Assembly (NCBI GenBank): GCA_964016885.1
Contig: OZ024743.1
Location: forward strand, 90,644,001-90,708,000
DNA: 64,000 nt
Reading direction: 5' to 3'
From: Eledone cirrhosa
Lineage: Eukaryota
This document shows, one piece after another, positions 26,459 to 40,199 of this stretch. Each line of letters opens with the position of its first letter. Within the stretch, counting starts at the first letter, position 1. The position numbers and the translations under genes were made by a program. The notes under the pieces are model-generated. The model worked only from the letters and a program-made list of their open reading frames with translations. It did no database searches and had not been told where the DNA came from.

Positions 26459-26638
26459 CACTACGGTAACCCTTCTACCTTTGTTTTGTTTTCATCTTTG
26501 TCTCTCTCAATTTTCACTTTATCCTATTTCTCCTATCTATCATTCACTTCCTACCTCGAGATTTCCCTCTGCATTGTTGTGGCTTTCTAAACTACGTATT
26601 TTACACATTTCACAATGCTTCAAGCAAACTTTAACACC

Positions 26639-26701
<63 letters not shown>

Positions 26702-26829
26702 TTATCACAATCAGAGACTAGAAAGGCTAGAGAATCATATCTTGCTCATACGTTTCATATTTTGGCATGGTTTCTGTAGTTAGATAGTCTTCCTAATATT
26801 AACTACTACTATAGAGTGTACTAAATGTA

Positions 26830-27545
26830 TTTTATAATGGCACCAACACTAGTGAGGTTATCATATTTGGCAAGACTGAAGAGTCCTCTCTCTCCTATAT
26901 TGTCTCTGTTTACTCATCAACCATTTTACAGAGTGTACTGAGTGCATTTTATTATGGTACCAACACTGAAAATACTGTCAAATCCTCAACATCACCAAAG
27001 GGTCTTCTCTGCCCTACATTATCTTGGTTCATTCAACAACCATTTTACAGGGAGTACTAAATGCATTTTATCATGTCATCAGCACTAGAGACGTTGTTTT
27101 TTTTACTGCGGGTTAAAAAAGACCTCTCCGTGCTATGCAGTCTGATCTCTCACCACATTTACTTTTATCATCAAAGAGCTCCAACTGGTTGGTGGACCTT
27201 TCCTAGCACAGTAAGTCGTCAGTCAACACAATCATGTGTCATATTTGTGAAGTTTTATTTCTTGAGGTCCTTCTTCACAACTTTGTTTCATGTCTTCTTT
27301 GGTCTCTCTCTCTTTCACAAGTTCCATCTACTTAAAGTGCTCAACACTTTTCCATACAATTGTTACTCTCCTTACACATCACATGACCATACCAGCGCAA
27401 TTGTTTCTTTTGCATATACTTCTGATTCCTCTTATACTCAACTTTTCTCTCAACTCACTTATGCTCTGTCATTCAAGAACACTAATATTACACATCCAGC
27501 AGAGCATGCATGCATCATTTCTTCCCAGTCCTTGCAAATCTTCTG
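26830..27545 (-). mobile_element. Divergent RTE 3' fragment
   Basis: Reverse strand encodes a MLCWMC...LRWYGHV-like segment and 3' UTR modules (ccattttacag). Confidence 0.7.
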
Positions 27546-28794
27546 AATTAATAACTAGCATATTAGGACCATTTATCATGACATAATTCTGCCACTGAGG
27601 CAGTTAATTGGCAGAGTCATTAGAACATTGGATAAAATGCTTTGCAGTATTTATTCTGGTTCTCTGTGCTCTGGGTTCAAAACGCCATGAGTTCAACTCT
27701 TTCTCAACTATTCAAGGTTAATGAAAAAAAAAGTACTGGGGTCAATTCTTCCTCTATATCTATTTCTCATTTTTTCTCTATTACTCTCTCCTTCTCTTGA
27801 AGATATCAGCTGTGTTCAGACCTGGAGAGGGTTGGCCTCTGTCAAGTTTAAAATGTTGTATGACACCATGAGGTGTTATGGGTCGAAAGAACAACAATGC
27901 TGCTACTTTCTCCTCCATCTCTCTCTCTGGACTACCTAATGTCAGAATACACATTTCTTATGGTGCGTATTACTGCACCAGCTCCTGCAACCTTTGACAA
28001 TGTTTGATTGAAATATTTGACCTGGGACTAAACAACAGAAAAACACCTCACTGCACTACAGTAAACTACAAAAAGCTAGTGAAGGAATCTCTACATTGAG
28101 TTACAACCTGCTAGAAATAGCAACCAAATTTCTTTCAAGAGGAAGGAAACATAGGCTAATGTACTTCTAGTTACACAATGTCTGAATACAAAACAGTAAA
28201 TTTGAATGCCTATTTTAACAGTTCATATGAAAAAAAAATTTCAATTTCGGAGTAACCTACCCTATAGGACTTATATAATTTCATGTTGTTTCTCATTTCC
28301 TTTTTTCGTTCCCACAAGGCATTTTGTCAACTCTCACTCTTCTATTTTGGTGACCCCATCTAAGAAACACATATGTAAGGCCTTCTTACCCTGCTAACTG
28401 TCCTCTAGTGAATCCTGCCTTTTTATTACTGAGCTCTACATATGGTTTCCAGAAGAAATTATACGAGTCTAACAGCCAATGAGTCCAAAAGTAAATTTAC
28501 TCACATTTAAATGCAAAAACAGAGAGAAATCTACCACCTTGTACCATTTCCCAAGGTGCTTCACGACAAAGGCACAACATACCCGGTTTCAAGTGGAACA
28601 TTTTGGATAAAGCACTCTTTTACCTCTCTAGGATCCATAATTGTCAATTCTGCCTCTACGAGAGATTGCATATGCAGACTACGTCAATAGGAAAAATGAC
28701 TTAACATTAGACGTTGATTACTCCTTTCTTTTGTTTGTACCCACAACTGTATATATATCTCTCTCTCTCCCCCTCTTTCATAAGACGGATCAAA

Positions 28795-29330
28795 TGATGA
28801 GAGGAGATTGCATTGGTATGGACATGTGACAACAGCTGTATAAAAAAGTGCAGAGCGATCAAAATTGATGGAAGCTACGGAGTGGGTAGACCAAGAAAAG
28901 CCTGGGACGAGGTGATAAAAACTGACCTTGTTCACTTACATCCCTCTAAGACAATGTCACTGGATTGAGATCTTTGGCGCTACGCAGTTATACAGAAGAC
29001 CCGCTTTCCCTTGCATACAAACTTAAACCTACACCCCACCTCACACACCCTACTCCAACCTCCCACTGTAAAGTGTTCGTGAAGGTGACACGACAAAAAG
29101 CACCCAGTCCACACTGTAAAGTGGTCGTGTAAGAGACACAGTAAAAAGGCTCCCAGTCCACATTGTAAATGTGGTTGGTTTTAGGAAGAGCATCCAGCCA
29201 TAAAAAACCTGCCACAGACAGTTCTTTACAAGCAAGACACAGTCTCCCGACCAATCTTGCCTCAAGTGGGACAAAACCGTCCAACCCATGCTAGCGTGGA
29301 AGATGGACGTTAAACGATGATGATGATGAT
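28795..29330 (+). mobile_element. RTE 3' fragment
   Basis: GRPRKAWD, 3' UTR and (GAT)n tail. Confidence 0.9.
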
Positions 29331-29442
29331 GTATATATATACACACACACATATATGTGTATATATATATACACACACACACATTTATATGTATATATAT
29401 ATATACATACACGCACATATATATATATATATATATATACAT

Positions 29443-29473
<31 letters not shown>

Positions 29474-29569
29474 CATATATATATACATATATATTAATTT
29501 TATTCAGCCTTAAAATAAATAGTAAAACTCTTCTTTGGTACTGAGTACTCTTTTCTCTCAGCCACATAT

Positions 29570-29626
<57 letters not shown>

Positions 29627-29822
29627 GTAGGAGGTGAGTTTTATTGTAGCACAATGAAGCAATGCAAATATCGGATAAGTAGCACTCAGCTTACCATTTC
29701 CTACCCCCCCCCCCCCTCCTTTTTTTTCCCCAATCTCATATATCCATCTTACTTTATTTTTCATATGTTGATTTACAACTTCACTGCTCGCAAGTGTTTT
29801 TAAGCTTCATATCATGTTTCCC

Positions 29823-29893
29823 TATTTTATCTGATGAGAACGCAAATATCATCCCATGACGATCTTTGCTTTTGAAATGCGCATAATAAAATA
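29823..29893 (+). ncRNA. Minimal type I hammerhead ribozyme
   Basis: TATTTTAT-CTGATGA-GAAcGCAAA...TTTGCtTTT-GAAA-T GCGC A-TA^ATAAAATA. Palindromic stem III. Lies in a 300-bp cassette between two (TA)n arrays. Confidence 0.85.
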
Positions 29894-29923
29894 CTTGGAA
29901 CTCTTTTAACCACCTTTTGATCT

Positions 29924-29978
<55 letters not shown>

Positions 29979-30212
29979 GAAGACCTGCCCTATATTATTC
30001 TCAGGCTGAGGCATATACCTAGTAGGCAACACCATTCGCGACCATCTCCCCTCCCACATAACTCCCTTATACTACGTCGCCAATTTCCCAAAACATCTTC
30101 CCCACCCCTCCCAAGTTCCCAACCTCCTCTATAAAGTGATTCCCCCATGGAACCACGACAAAAGAGCCCAGCTCACTATAGTAGTTGTGTAGGTGTCATG
30201 ACAAAAGCGAGT

Positions 30213-32552
30213 GCCCAGTACACACTGTAAAGTGGTCATTTAGGTGCCACAACAAAGAACACCCTGTGCACACTGTAAAGTGGTCATTTAGGTGTCACAA
30301 CAAAGAACACCCAGTGCACACTGTAAAGTGGTCATTTAGGTGTCACAACAAAGAACACCCAGTACACACTGTAAAGTGGTCATTTAGGTGTCACAACAAA
30401 GAACACCCAGTACACACTGTAAAGTGGTCATTTAGGTGTCACAACAAAGAACACCCAGTACACACTGTAAAGTGGTCATTTAGGTGTCACAACAAAGAAC
30501 ACCCAGTACACACTGTAAAGTGGTCATTTAGGTGCCACAACAAAGAACACTCTGTGCACACTGTAAAGTGGTCATTTAGGTGTCACAACAAAGAACACCC
30601 AGTACACACTGTAAAGTGGTCATTTAGGTGCCACGCCACAACAAAGAACACCCTGTGCACACTGTAAAGTGGTCATTTAGGTGTCACAACAAAGAACACC
30701 CAGTACACACTGTAAAGTGGTCATTTAGGTGTCACAACAAAGAACACCCAGTACACACTGTAAAGTGGTCATTTAGGTGTCACAACAAAGAACACCCAGT
30801 ACACACTGTAAAGTGGTCATTTAGGTGTCACAACAAAGAACACCCAGTACACACTGTAAAGTGGTCATTTAGGTGTCACAACAAAGAACACCCAGTACAC
30901 ACTGTAAAGTGGTCATTTAGGTGTCACAACAAAGAACACCCAGTACACACTGTAAAGTGGTCATTTAGGTGTCACAACAAAGAACACCCAGTACACACTG
31001 TAAAGTGGTCATTTAGGTGCCACAACAAAGAACACTCTGTGCACACTGTAAAGTGGTCATTTAGGTGTCACAACAAAGAACACTCAGTACACACTGTAAA
31101 GTGGTAATTTAGGTGTCACAACAAAGAACACCCAGTACACACTGTAAAGTGGTCATTTAGGTGTCACAACAAAGAACACCCAGTACACACTGTAAAGTGG
31201 TCATTTAGGTGTCACAACAAAGAACACCCAGTACACACTGTAAAGTGGTCATTTAGGTGTCACAACAAAGAACACCCAGTACACACTGTAAAGTGGTCAT
31301 TTAGGTGCCACAACAAAGAACACCCTGTGCACACTGTAAAGTGGTCATTTAGGTGTCACAACAAAGAACACCCAGTACACACTGTAAAGTGGTCATTTAG
31401 GTGCCACGCCACAACAAAGAACACCCTGTGCACACTGTAAAGTGGTCATTTAGGTGTCACAACAAAGAACACCCAGTACACACTGTAAAGTGGTCATTTA
31501 GGTGCCACAACAAAGAACACCCTGTGCACACTGTAAAGTGGTCATTTAGGTGCCACAACAAAGAACACCCAGTGCACACTGTAAAGTGGTCATTTAGGTG
31601 TCACAACAAAGAACACTCAGTACACACTGTAAAGTGGTCATTTAGGTGTCACAACAAAGAACACCCAGTACACACTGTAAAGTGGTCATTTAGGTGTCAC
31701 AACAAAGAACACCCAGTACACACTGTAAAGTGGTCATTTAGGTGTCACAACAAAGAACACCCAGTACACACTGTAAAGTGGTCATTTAGGTGTCACAACA
31801 AAGAACACCCAGTACACACTGTAAAGTGGTCATTTAGGTGTCACAACAAAGAACACCCAGTACACACTCTAAAGTGGTCATTTAGGTGCCACAACAAAGA
31901 ACACCCTGTGCACACTGTAAAGTGGTCATTTAGGTGTCACAACAAAGAACACCCAGTACACACTGTAAAGTGGTCATTTAGGTGCCACGCCACAACAAAG
32001 AACACCCTGTGCACACTGTAAAGTGGTCATTTAGGTGTCACAACAAAGAACACCCAGTACACACTGTAAAGTGGTCATTTAGGTGCCACAACAAAGAACA
32101 CCCTGTGCACACTGTAAAGTGGTCATTTAGGTGTCACAACAAAGAACACCCAGTGCACACTGTAAAGTGGTCATTTAGGTGTCACAACAAAGAACACCCT
32201 GTGCACACTGTAAAGTGGTCATTTAGGTGTCACAACAAAGAACACCCAGTACACACTGTAAAGTGGTCATTTAGGTGCCACAACAAAGAACACCCTGTGC
32301 ACACTGTAAAGTGGTCATTTAGGTGCCACAACAAAGAACACCCAGTGCACACTGTAAAGTGGTCATTTAGGTGTCACAACAAAGAACACTCAGTACACAC
32401 TGTAAAGTGGTAATTTAGGTGTCACAACAAAGAACACCCAGTACACACTGTAAAGTGGTCATTTAGGTGTCACAACAAAGAACACCCAGTACACACTGTA
32501 AAGTGGTCATTTAGGTGTCACAACAAAGAACACCCAGTACACACTGTAAAGT
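30213..32552 (+). repeat. 48-bp minisatellite (about 48 units) inside an RTE 3' UTR
   Basis: Unit cacactgtaaagtggtcatttaggtgtcacaacaaagaacacccagta. Flanked by RTE 3' UTR start (29975-30210) and RTE terminus with (GAT)n (32553-32782). Confidence 0.95.
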
Positions 32553-32752
32553 AGGCAACATAGCAAAAAAAATCCCAGCACACACTGTAAATGTGGTTGG
32601 TGTTAGGAAGGGCATCCAGCCGTAGAAACGATGTCAAATCAGTTCTGAGTGAGCCAATCAAAGTTCCCCTCACTAACGGACAGCCTATCCTACTCATGTT
32701 AGCGTGGAAGATGGGCGTTAAACGATGATGAGGACGATGATGATGGTGATGG

Positions 32753-32784
<32 letters not shown>

Positions 32785-33103
32785 ATGTATGTATGTATGT
32801 ATGTATGTATGTATGTATATTTTGTATTTTAAGCAGTTGTTTATTTCTATTTATTTTGGAAAGTTTCATCTCCTTCATATTCATCATATCTTTGTTAACT
32901 TAGTTTCAAGTGTTTATTTTTTATAAATCTGAAACAGACAAGTGTTCCGGAGACGGGGTTATTTTATAAAACCAAAATACACACACACATCCTACTCTCC
33001 ACACGCATGCACAAGGACACATACATGTGAGCGGAAATATATATACATCATCATCACCGTTTTACGTCCGTTCTTCCCTGCTAGCATGGGTTATATATAA
33101 TAA

Positions 33104-33445
33104 TCATCATCATCATTTCATTTTACGTCCGCTTTTTCCCTGCTTGCAAGGGTGGGACGGGAACTGATTCTGGCTTGATTTCTACAGCTGGATGCCCTTC
33201 CTAACACCAACCTCATTTACAGCGAGTGCTGGGTTATTTTTTGCCGTAGCACCTCCACGACCACTTTACAGTGGAATGATAGGGACCCCAGTCCCTATCA
33301 TCTCATTTCTACAGCTGAGTAAACTGGAGTAATGTGAAATAAAGTGTCTTGCGCAAGGAAACAACACATCACCCGGTCTGAGAATTGAACTCACAACCTC
33401 TCGATTGCAAGGCCAATGCTCTAACCACTAAGCCATGTGCCTCCA
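33104..33445 (-). mobile_element. SINE with tRNA-derived head and RTE-derived tail
   Basis: A box TGGCTTAGTGG and B box GTTCAATTC. The 3' part matches RTE 3' termini. Sister copy at 58581-58912. Confidence 0.85.
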
Positions 33446-33474
33446 TATATATGTATATATATATATACATATAC

Positions 33475-34266
33475 ATCATCATCATCATCATCATCATCTT
33501 CGTTTAACGTCCATTTTCCACGCTAGGATGGGTTAGACGGGAGTTGTCCCACTTGAGGCAAGGTTGGTTTGGTGACCGTATCTCGCTCATATAGGACTAT
33601 TTGGCAGGTTTTTTACGGCTGGTTGCCATGTAGCATTGCTGTTCATATACAAGCATCATACAATCTGCCTTTCCTTTTTAGAGAGAAACATTTAGTGGCT
33701 AACAGTGGTTTAAGCTCTCTGAACTTTTTCCATCCCGTTCTGACTCTAGCTACTGTACTTTCAGAACACCCTCCACCACTGCTGATTTCGTCACCCAGGT
33801 AACGGAAAGTGTGCACTAATTCTATAGAGCCATCTGGGCAATAGAAGAAGCTAGTATCCTGTGGACACTTGCTACTTATTGCACCAGAGCATCGGCCACA
33901 TATAAAGTCTACGTTCTTAGATAGTTTACCTGTGATCCCGCTACATCTTTTATGTACCCATAGTTTGTATTTGGGACATTTCTGCCTACTCCTTTCCTAC
34001 TCACTGAGCATGGCCATTTCCCTGAGGGCACCTGTGCTCTATTTTCCTTTCTACAAACTAGAACTTTAGTCTTATACAAGTTAACTTTAAGGCCTTTTGA
34101 TTCTAGGCCATGCTTCCATGTTTGGAATTTCATCTCTAGTTCAGCCATTGATTCAGCTATGAGCGTTAGATCATCTGCGTATAGGAGTTCCCATGGGCAG
34201 CCGGTCTTGAACTCCTCTGTTATAGCCTGAAGGGCAATAATAAATAGGAGGGGGCTAAGGACAGAG

Positions 34267-34270
<4 letters not shown>
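33475..34270 (-). mobile_element. RTE fragment with internal deletion
   Basis: YADD/PHD region joined directly to the RTE 3' terminus. Confidence 0.9.
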
Positions 34271-34317
<47 letters not shown>

Positions 34318-34728
34318 ATTTATTGTATTTATTTATTTACTCTTGGCGCAGCAGAATTGAATTTCCCGGTATAAAGTTAGCATTTCTTTGTTTATTTTTT
34401 ATATATGAATATTGATTGTTCCTTATATCTCATTCTGTTATTTTTCCCGAGAAAATATCTGTGAGTGTTATCAAATGTTGTACACACATAGATATTTTTT
34501 CAATTTCCAATTGAGTTCTTAGTACGTGGCCTGAATTCCCTTCAGAGTTCATTGTCATGCGCATGTATTGTTTTTTTTGGCGGTAATTTACTTCCTCATT
34601 TTTGAATCAGTTTGAACACTTCTTTAGAACTGCTGGACTGGCAACCTGACAGATACCTCAGGCACAGATCATGATTATCGCTAAATACTGATGTTGGTTA
34701 GATTATCAATATTAGTATTATTGGGGCA

Positions 34729-34855
34729 CCCATTGATGAATTATAGGAGCCCACTTGAATATATATCTATTGATGGTATACAAGCTCCTACATAAATTGG
34801 TATAAATTCACCCAAATTGTAGGAATCCTATAATGAAACGAGACGTCCGTCTGGG
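34729..34855 (+). ncRNA. Hammerhead ribozyme with branched stem II (UUGAUGA core)
   Basis: CCCA-TTGATGA-ATTATAGGA[two hairpins]TCCTATAAT-GAAA-CG agacgtc CG-TC^TGGG. Covaries with 53103-53225. Confidence 0.8.
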
Positions 34856-35026
34856 AAGAGATATATTCGATATGTCTCATATGAAATAATACAGCCAATT
34901 TTCCACGCAATACTTTTAGTTAGCACCCCGAACGCATAATTGGGAATATAATCACTTATTTCCTAATGTTTGTTGAGTGAGTTGGAATTTGGCCGGAGTA
35001 TCGCTAAAAAGCTTTCTCCGATATTG

Positions 35027-35146
<120 letters not shown>

Positions 35147-35188
35147 TAATTCTTTGCTTAAACTTTAATCTTTTATTTTAATAAATAA

Positions 35189-35234
<46 letters not shown>

Positions 35235-35276
35235 GGAAAACGAAGAATCAGTGATGCATCGGAACACAAATTTATT

Positions 35277-35369
35277 ACGTATTACAAATGTTTCTCTGGC
35301 GAACAGCTCGAGGTGCGATCTGTTTGTGGATCAAACCTGACTCTGGATTCGCAAGTTCCTCAGACGCAC
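35277..35369 (-). ncRNA. Hammerhead ribozyme in PLE pLTR (CUGAGGA)
   Basis: GTGCGT-CTGAGGA-ACTTGCGAA...TTCGCCAGA-GAAA-C ATTT G-TA^ATACGT. Imperfect stems. Confidence 0.6.
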
Positions 35370-35864
35370 CTAGTGATTTCGAAACAAATTCACTTTCTGC
35401 TGGACTCTGCTCTTCGAATTTCTATCCTCTGCCTTCATCCTGTTTGTGCTGTACTGTGATTGGTTGGTAGTTCGGGACGTCATCTTTGTGTTTGACCATT
35501 CAAATCTGCCCACTGACCATTTCCATTCATGCGTGAGCTGTCACTCACCCTAATCCCGTCACCAGAAATTACTGTTAAGTGTATGAGAGGTTTTATGACC
35601 TCTCTTGCCACTCCCTGGCTTGCCCGTCTCCCTACACACGTATACACCCACACGCACGTGTCGTCACACATACATAAACCTTACGAGCCGTTAATCGCAC
35701 ACTTATCTGTGCGGACATACACACACACAGACACACGTAGAGCCTACATGTTTGCGTTCACACATGTACATACATATATTCATCTCTCATATATAGTTAC
35801 ATTCATACATGGACACAGGCAGTCACGTACACATAAGGTACCTGCACATATACACATACACGAT

Positions 35865-35918
<54 letters not shown>

Positions 35919-36053
35919 TTTTTTACACACATGTATATACATACACACACATATACACACCCATACATGCACACATGTACATATACACGCGCATACATAT
36001 GTAGTCAGTCAGGCCTACTCATATATATACACACACACACATACACATATACA

Positions 36054-36119
<66 letters not shown>

Positions 36120-36199
36120 TGTGCATGCACACGCACACGCACACACACACACACACATATATATATACACGTGTGTACATATACATACACACACATATA

Positions 36200-37052
36200 C
36201 ATTGTATGATGCTTGTATACGAATAGCAATGCTACATGGCAGTGAGACATGGGCATTACGTGCAGAGGACCTGCGCAGATTGGGAAGGAACGAAGCATGC
36301 ATGCTCCGCTGGATGTGTAATAGTAATATACGTGAACGGCAAAGCATAAATGAACTAAGGGAGAAATTAGGAATAAGAGGGATCAGATGCTGTTTACTTG
36401 AGAGAAGACTACGTTGGTATGGTCACGTGATGCGCATAAAAGACGACAGCTGTATAAAAAAGTGCAGGGCGATCAAAATTGATGGTAGTTACGGAGTAGG
36501 CAGACCCAGAAAAACCTGGGACGATCTAATAAATTCCGACCTTACACACTTACACCTCTCTAAGACAATGTCACTGGACCGAGATCTTTGGCGCTACGCA
36601 GTAATACAGAAGACTCGCCTTGCCTATGTACAAAGCGAAACCTACAGTCAGTAGGCACCTCCTAACCAAATATACACCCCAATCCACTACCCCTACCCTA
36701 TTCTCCCAATCCCAACAACACCACCCTCTCTCTGTAAAGTTGGAACCACAACATCCAGTACAAATAATGAGATAATGAGATCGAGATCATGTAGGTGTCA
36801 TGCGAAAAAGCACGCAGTCCACGCTGTAATGTGGTCGTGTAGGTAACACGGTAAAAAGTTCCCAGTTCCACATTGTAAATGTGGTTGGTGTTAGGAAGGG
36901 CATCCAGCCATAGAAAACCTGCCAGATAGTCCTATATGAGCGAGACACGGTCACCCGACCAACCTTGCCTCAAGTGGGACAACTCCCGTCTAACCCATGC
37001 TAGCGTGGAAAATGGACGTTAAACGAAGATGATGATGATGATGATGATGATG
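36200..37052 (+). mobile_element. RTE 3' fragment nested in PLE
   Basis: LYDACIR.AMLHGSETW...RRLRWYGHV...GRPRKTW and (GAT)n tail. Confidence 0.95.
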
Positions 37053-38335
37053 ACACACACACGCATATATGCTCACTCACACACAGACACACACCTATAC
37101 ACACATACGCACACATATGAAAATAAACTGTACAAAATTATTTAGAAAGTGCATAGAAATTTGCATATGATGTTGGACATCGGGTGGTTCACAAAGAAAT
37201 AATACGTGAACAAATACATAAAAAAATTTTGCATCTAATAACTGCATATACATAAAAAAATACAACAAACGTACAAAGACGTACATGTAGGGAATACATC
37301 AAAGAATGCACGCAACATCTCACATAGCGGTATATATGTATATGCAGACACGCTCTGATGCACATGTTGACAGAGTTGGCATTATGGTGCTAACGTGAAA
37401 TAGTCCACATACAGAAATCATAGTAACAATGCAAAGGTTATACAGTACTTGAAACATATATAAAAATAGTGTATAAAAAATACGCATGGGTTTGTACATT
37501 AAAACATACATAAAGTGTTACATAGTGGAATACGTAGAGAAAATACACACACTACATAAAAGAACATATATGTGTGAGTAGGGAGTACGGAAGAACAGTT
37601 CATAACGTAGTATGTTACTGTGGCTGAAATAGAGTGCCTTAGTGGTGTGTGATACGGGATTGAGTATACCCATGGAAATTGAACCGCCGTGTCCTGGCTA
37701 CTGCGACGGCGGTGTTTAGGATAGGGTACAGAGTCAAATGTGCAGCATTGAGTGTGTCGACCTGTCCCACAGGTCATACATAGTCATCAAGGTGTGGTGT
37801 CAGATCCCATGGACCCGCGCTGCCACCCCAACTGACGTCCGCTTCCCCGTGTGGCTCTAGTTGGGGCCATCCGGAGGTACCCATGCGGAGAGTGTGCACC
37901 TTCGCTGGTGTCTACATGTCATGATAATCTCAAATTTCAGGTTGACTTCGTCATCCTTTAATCTCACTATCTCCTTGGCCTTGGACAGGAACAGCCTGCA
38001 CTCCCCCTCGCCGGCCGAATATGCACTGGCACGTTGAACAATACTCCAGTTGAGATCATACGTGTTGCCGCTGTGCTTCAAGGTCTGCCAGCCTAGAGGA
38101 GTGTCTCTTGTTCCAATCCTTAAAAGAGTTCATGTGATTGTACATCCTCGATTTGAAGGTTGTGGATGCTGGGCCAATGTATGTGCGCTTGCTGTTGTGC
38201 GTGTTAACCACACATTTAAAGATGACATCCCGAACTACCAACCAATCACAGTACAGCACAAACAGGATGAAGGGAGATGATAGAAATTTGAAGGGCATAG
38301 TCCAACAGAAAGTGAATTTGTTTCGAAATCACTAG

Positions 38336-38428
38336 GCGTGTCTGAGGAACTTGCGAATCCAGAGTCAGGTTTGATCCACAAACAGATCGCACCTCGAGCT
38401 GTTTGCCAGAGAAACATTTGTAATACGT
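38336..38428 (+). ncRNA. Hammerhead ribozyme in inverted pLTR copy (CUGAGGA)
   Basis: GCGTGT-CTGAGGA-ACTTGC...GCCAGA-GAAA-C ATTT G-TA^ATACGT. Confidence 0.65.
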
Positions 38429-38474
38429 ACGTAATAAATTTGTGTTCCGATGCATCACTGATTCTTCGTTTTCC

Positions 38475-38533
<59 letters not shown>

Positions 38534-38642
38534 GTAATGGAATGAAACGAAATTTCATTTCTCACTCTTAGTACGGCACTTACTTAAATGTAAGTATGTA
38601 TGTATACGTACATACATATATGTATACAGACGTACAGTAGCA

Positions 38643-38710
<68 letters not shown>

Positions 38711-38861
38711 GATAAGCAGAACAAGCAAAATTCAACCAATTTTTTAAAATAAATTAAAAAATATAATTTAAATATTTTTCGGCCTTTTGGATCTGTGCTA
38801 GCTGGCAGATAACAATATATTTTATCGTTCCTGGGTCTTTAGCCCTAGGAAAGGAAAATGC

Positions 38862-38940
38862 TTCTCTGATGAGCTTTGATTTTCCATTGGAAATCCATTG
38901 GATTTCTGGTGTTTTACAAAGCGAAACCGATCGGTAAGGG
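38862..38940 (+). ncRNA. Type I hammerhead ribozyme enclosed by perfect 74-bp inverted repeats
   Basis: TTCT-CTGATGA-GCTTTG...CAAAGC-GAAA-CCGATCGG-TA^AGGG. IR arms at 38704-38777 and 38955-39028. Confidence 0.85.
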
Positions 38941-39169
38941 CCAAAAGAATAGGTAAATATTTAAATTATATTTTTTAATTTATTTTAAAAAATTGGTTGA
39001 ATTTTGCTTGTTCTGCTTATCTTAATATTATAGTTCTGGTATGTCAAATTAATACCATAAAACAACCTTAAATCATAGACAACCTATATATTTCCCGGGG
39101 TATTTAGTACCCACGGGCATATTAACCTCTTCTATTAATATTCTCCGTTATGTTGAGAACAAATCTGTT

Positions 39170-39221
<52 letters not shown>

Positions 39222-39424
39222 CGAAGGAAATGTGGTAAGGAACCAGGTGGACCATAACGCTCCAAAGTACTCAATACTTGAGGTAGTAGAGTGGGTAATA
39301 GGAACCAGTAAGACCCCGACAGCTGAGCTCAAGCCGTTTCGACGGCTAATTCTGGAGTCCAGAATTTAAACGTCCGCTAAACTGATACGTACATATATAT
39401 ATGTACGTATACATACATACTTAC

Positions 39425-40021
<597 letters not shown>

Positions 40022-40199
40022 TCTATGGCGGGTAAAATTCCCGAAATCCATGGACGAGTTCTCTCTAGCGGTTTCTGTCCCTCATTATCGCTGCCATGTC
40101 TATATATATATATATATACAATATATATATATACATATATATATATACATATATATACATATATAACAATAACTGCGTAACAGCAATAACACTAACCAT

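Larger units (their letters stand above)
35231..38478 (-). mobile_element. 5'-truncated PLE (Neptune-like GIY-YIG remnant) with inverted pLTR at its 5' end and nested RTE
   Basis: About 260-bp inverted repeats at 35231-35487 and 38218-38478. 38225-37857 encodes VIFKC...YIGPASTTFKSRMYNH...WSIV...CRL...CRH. Flanked by (TA)n. Confidence 0.85.

Noticed and set aside
25805-26600. SECIS/selenoprotein recoding in the PLE
   Set aside because: The visible ORF has no in-frame TGA, and the TGAT/CGAA hairpin has only a 4-bp stem, too short for a SECIS.
30185-32413. CRISPR-like array or repetitive protein (HPVHTVKWSFRCHNKE)n
   Set aside because: No unique spacers. The 48-bp unit is a multiple of 3 with no stop in this frame, is broken by frameshifts and stops, and derives from the RTE 3' UTR.
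35529-36209. ORFs rich in YI/HT/CV dipeptides (also at 23.4, 29.3, 45.2, 50.8 and 58.3 kb)
   Set aside because: Translations of (TA)n and (CA)n microsatellites.
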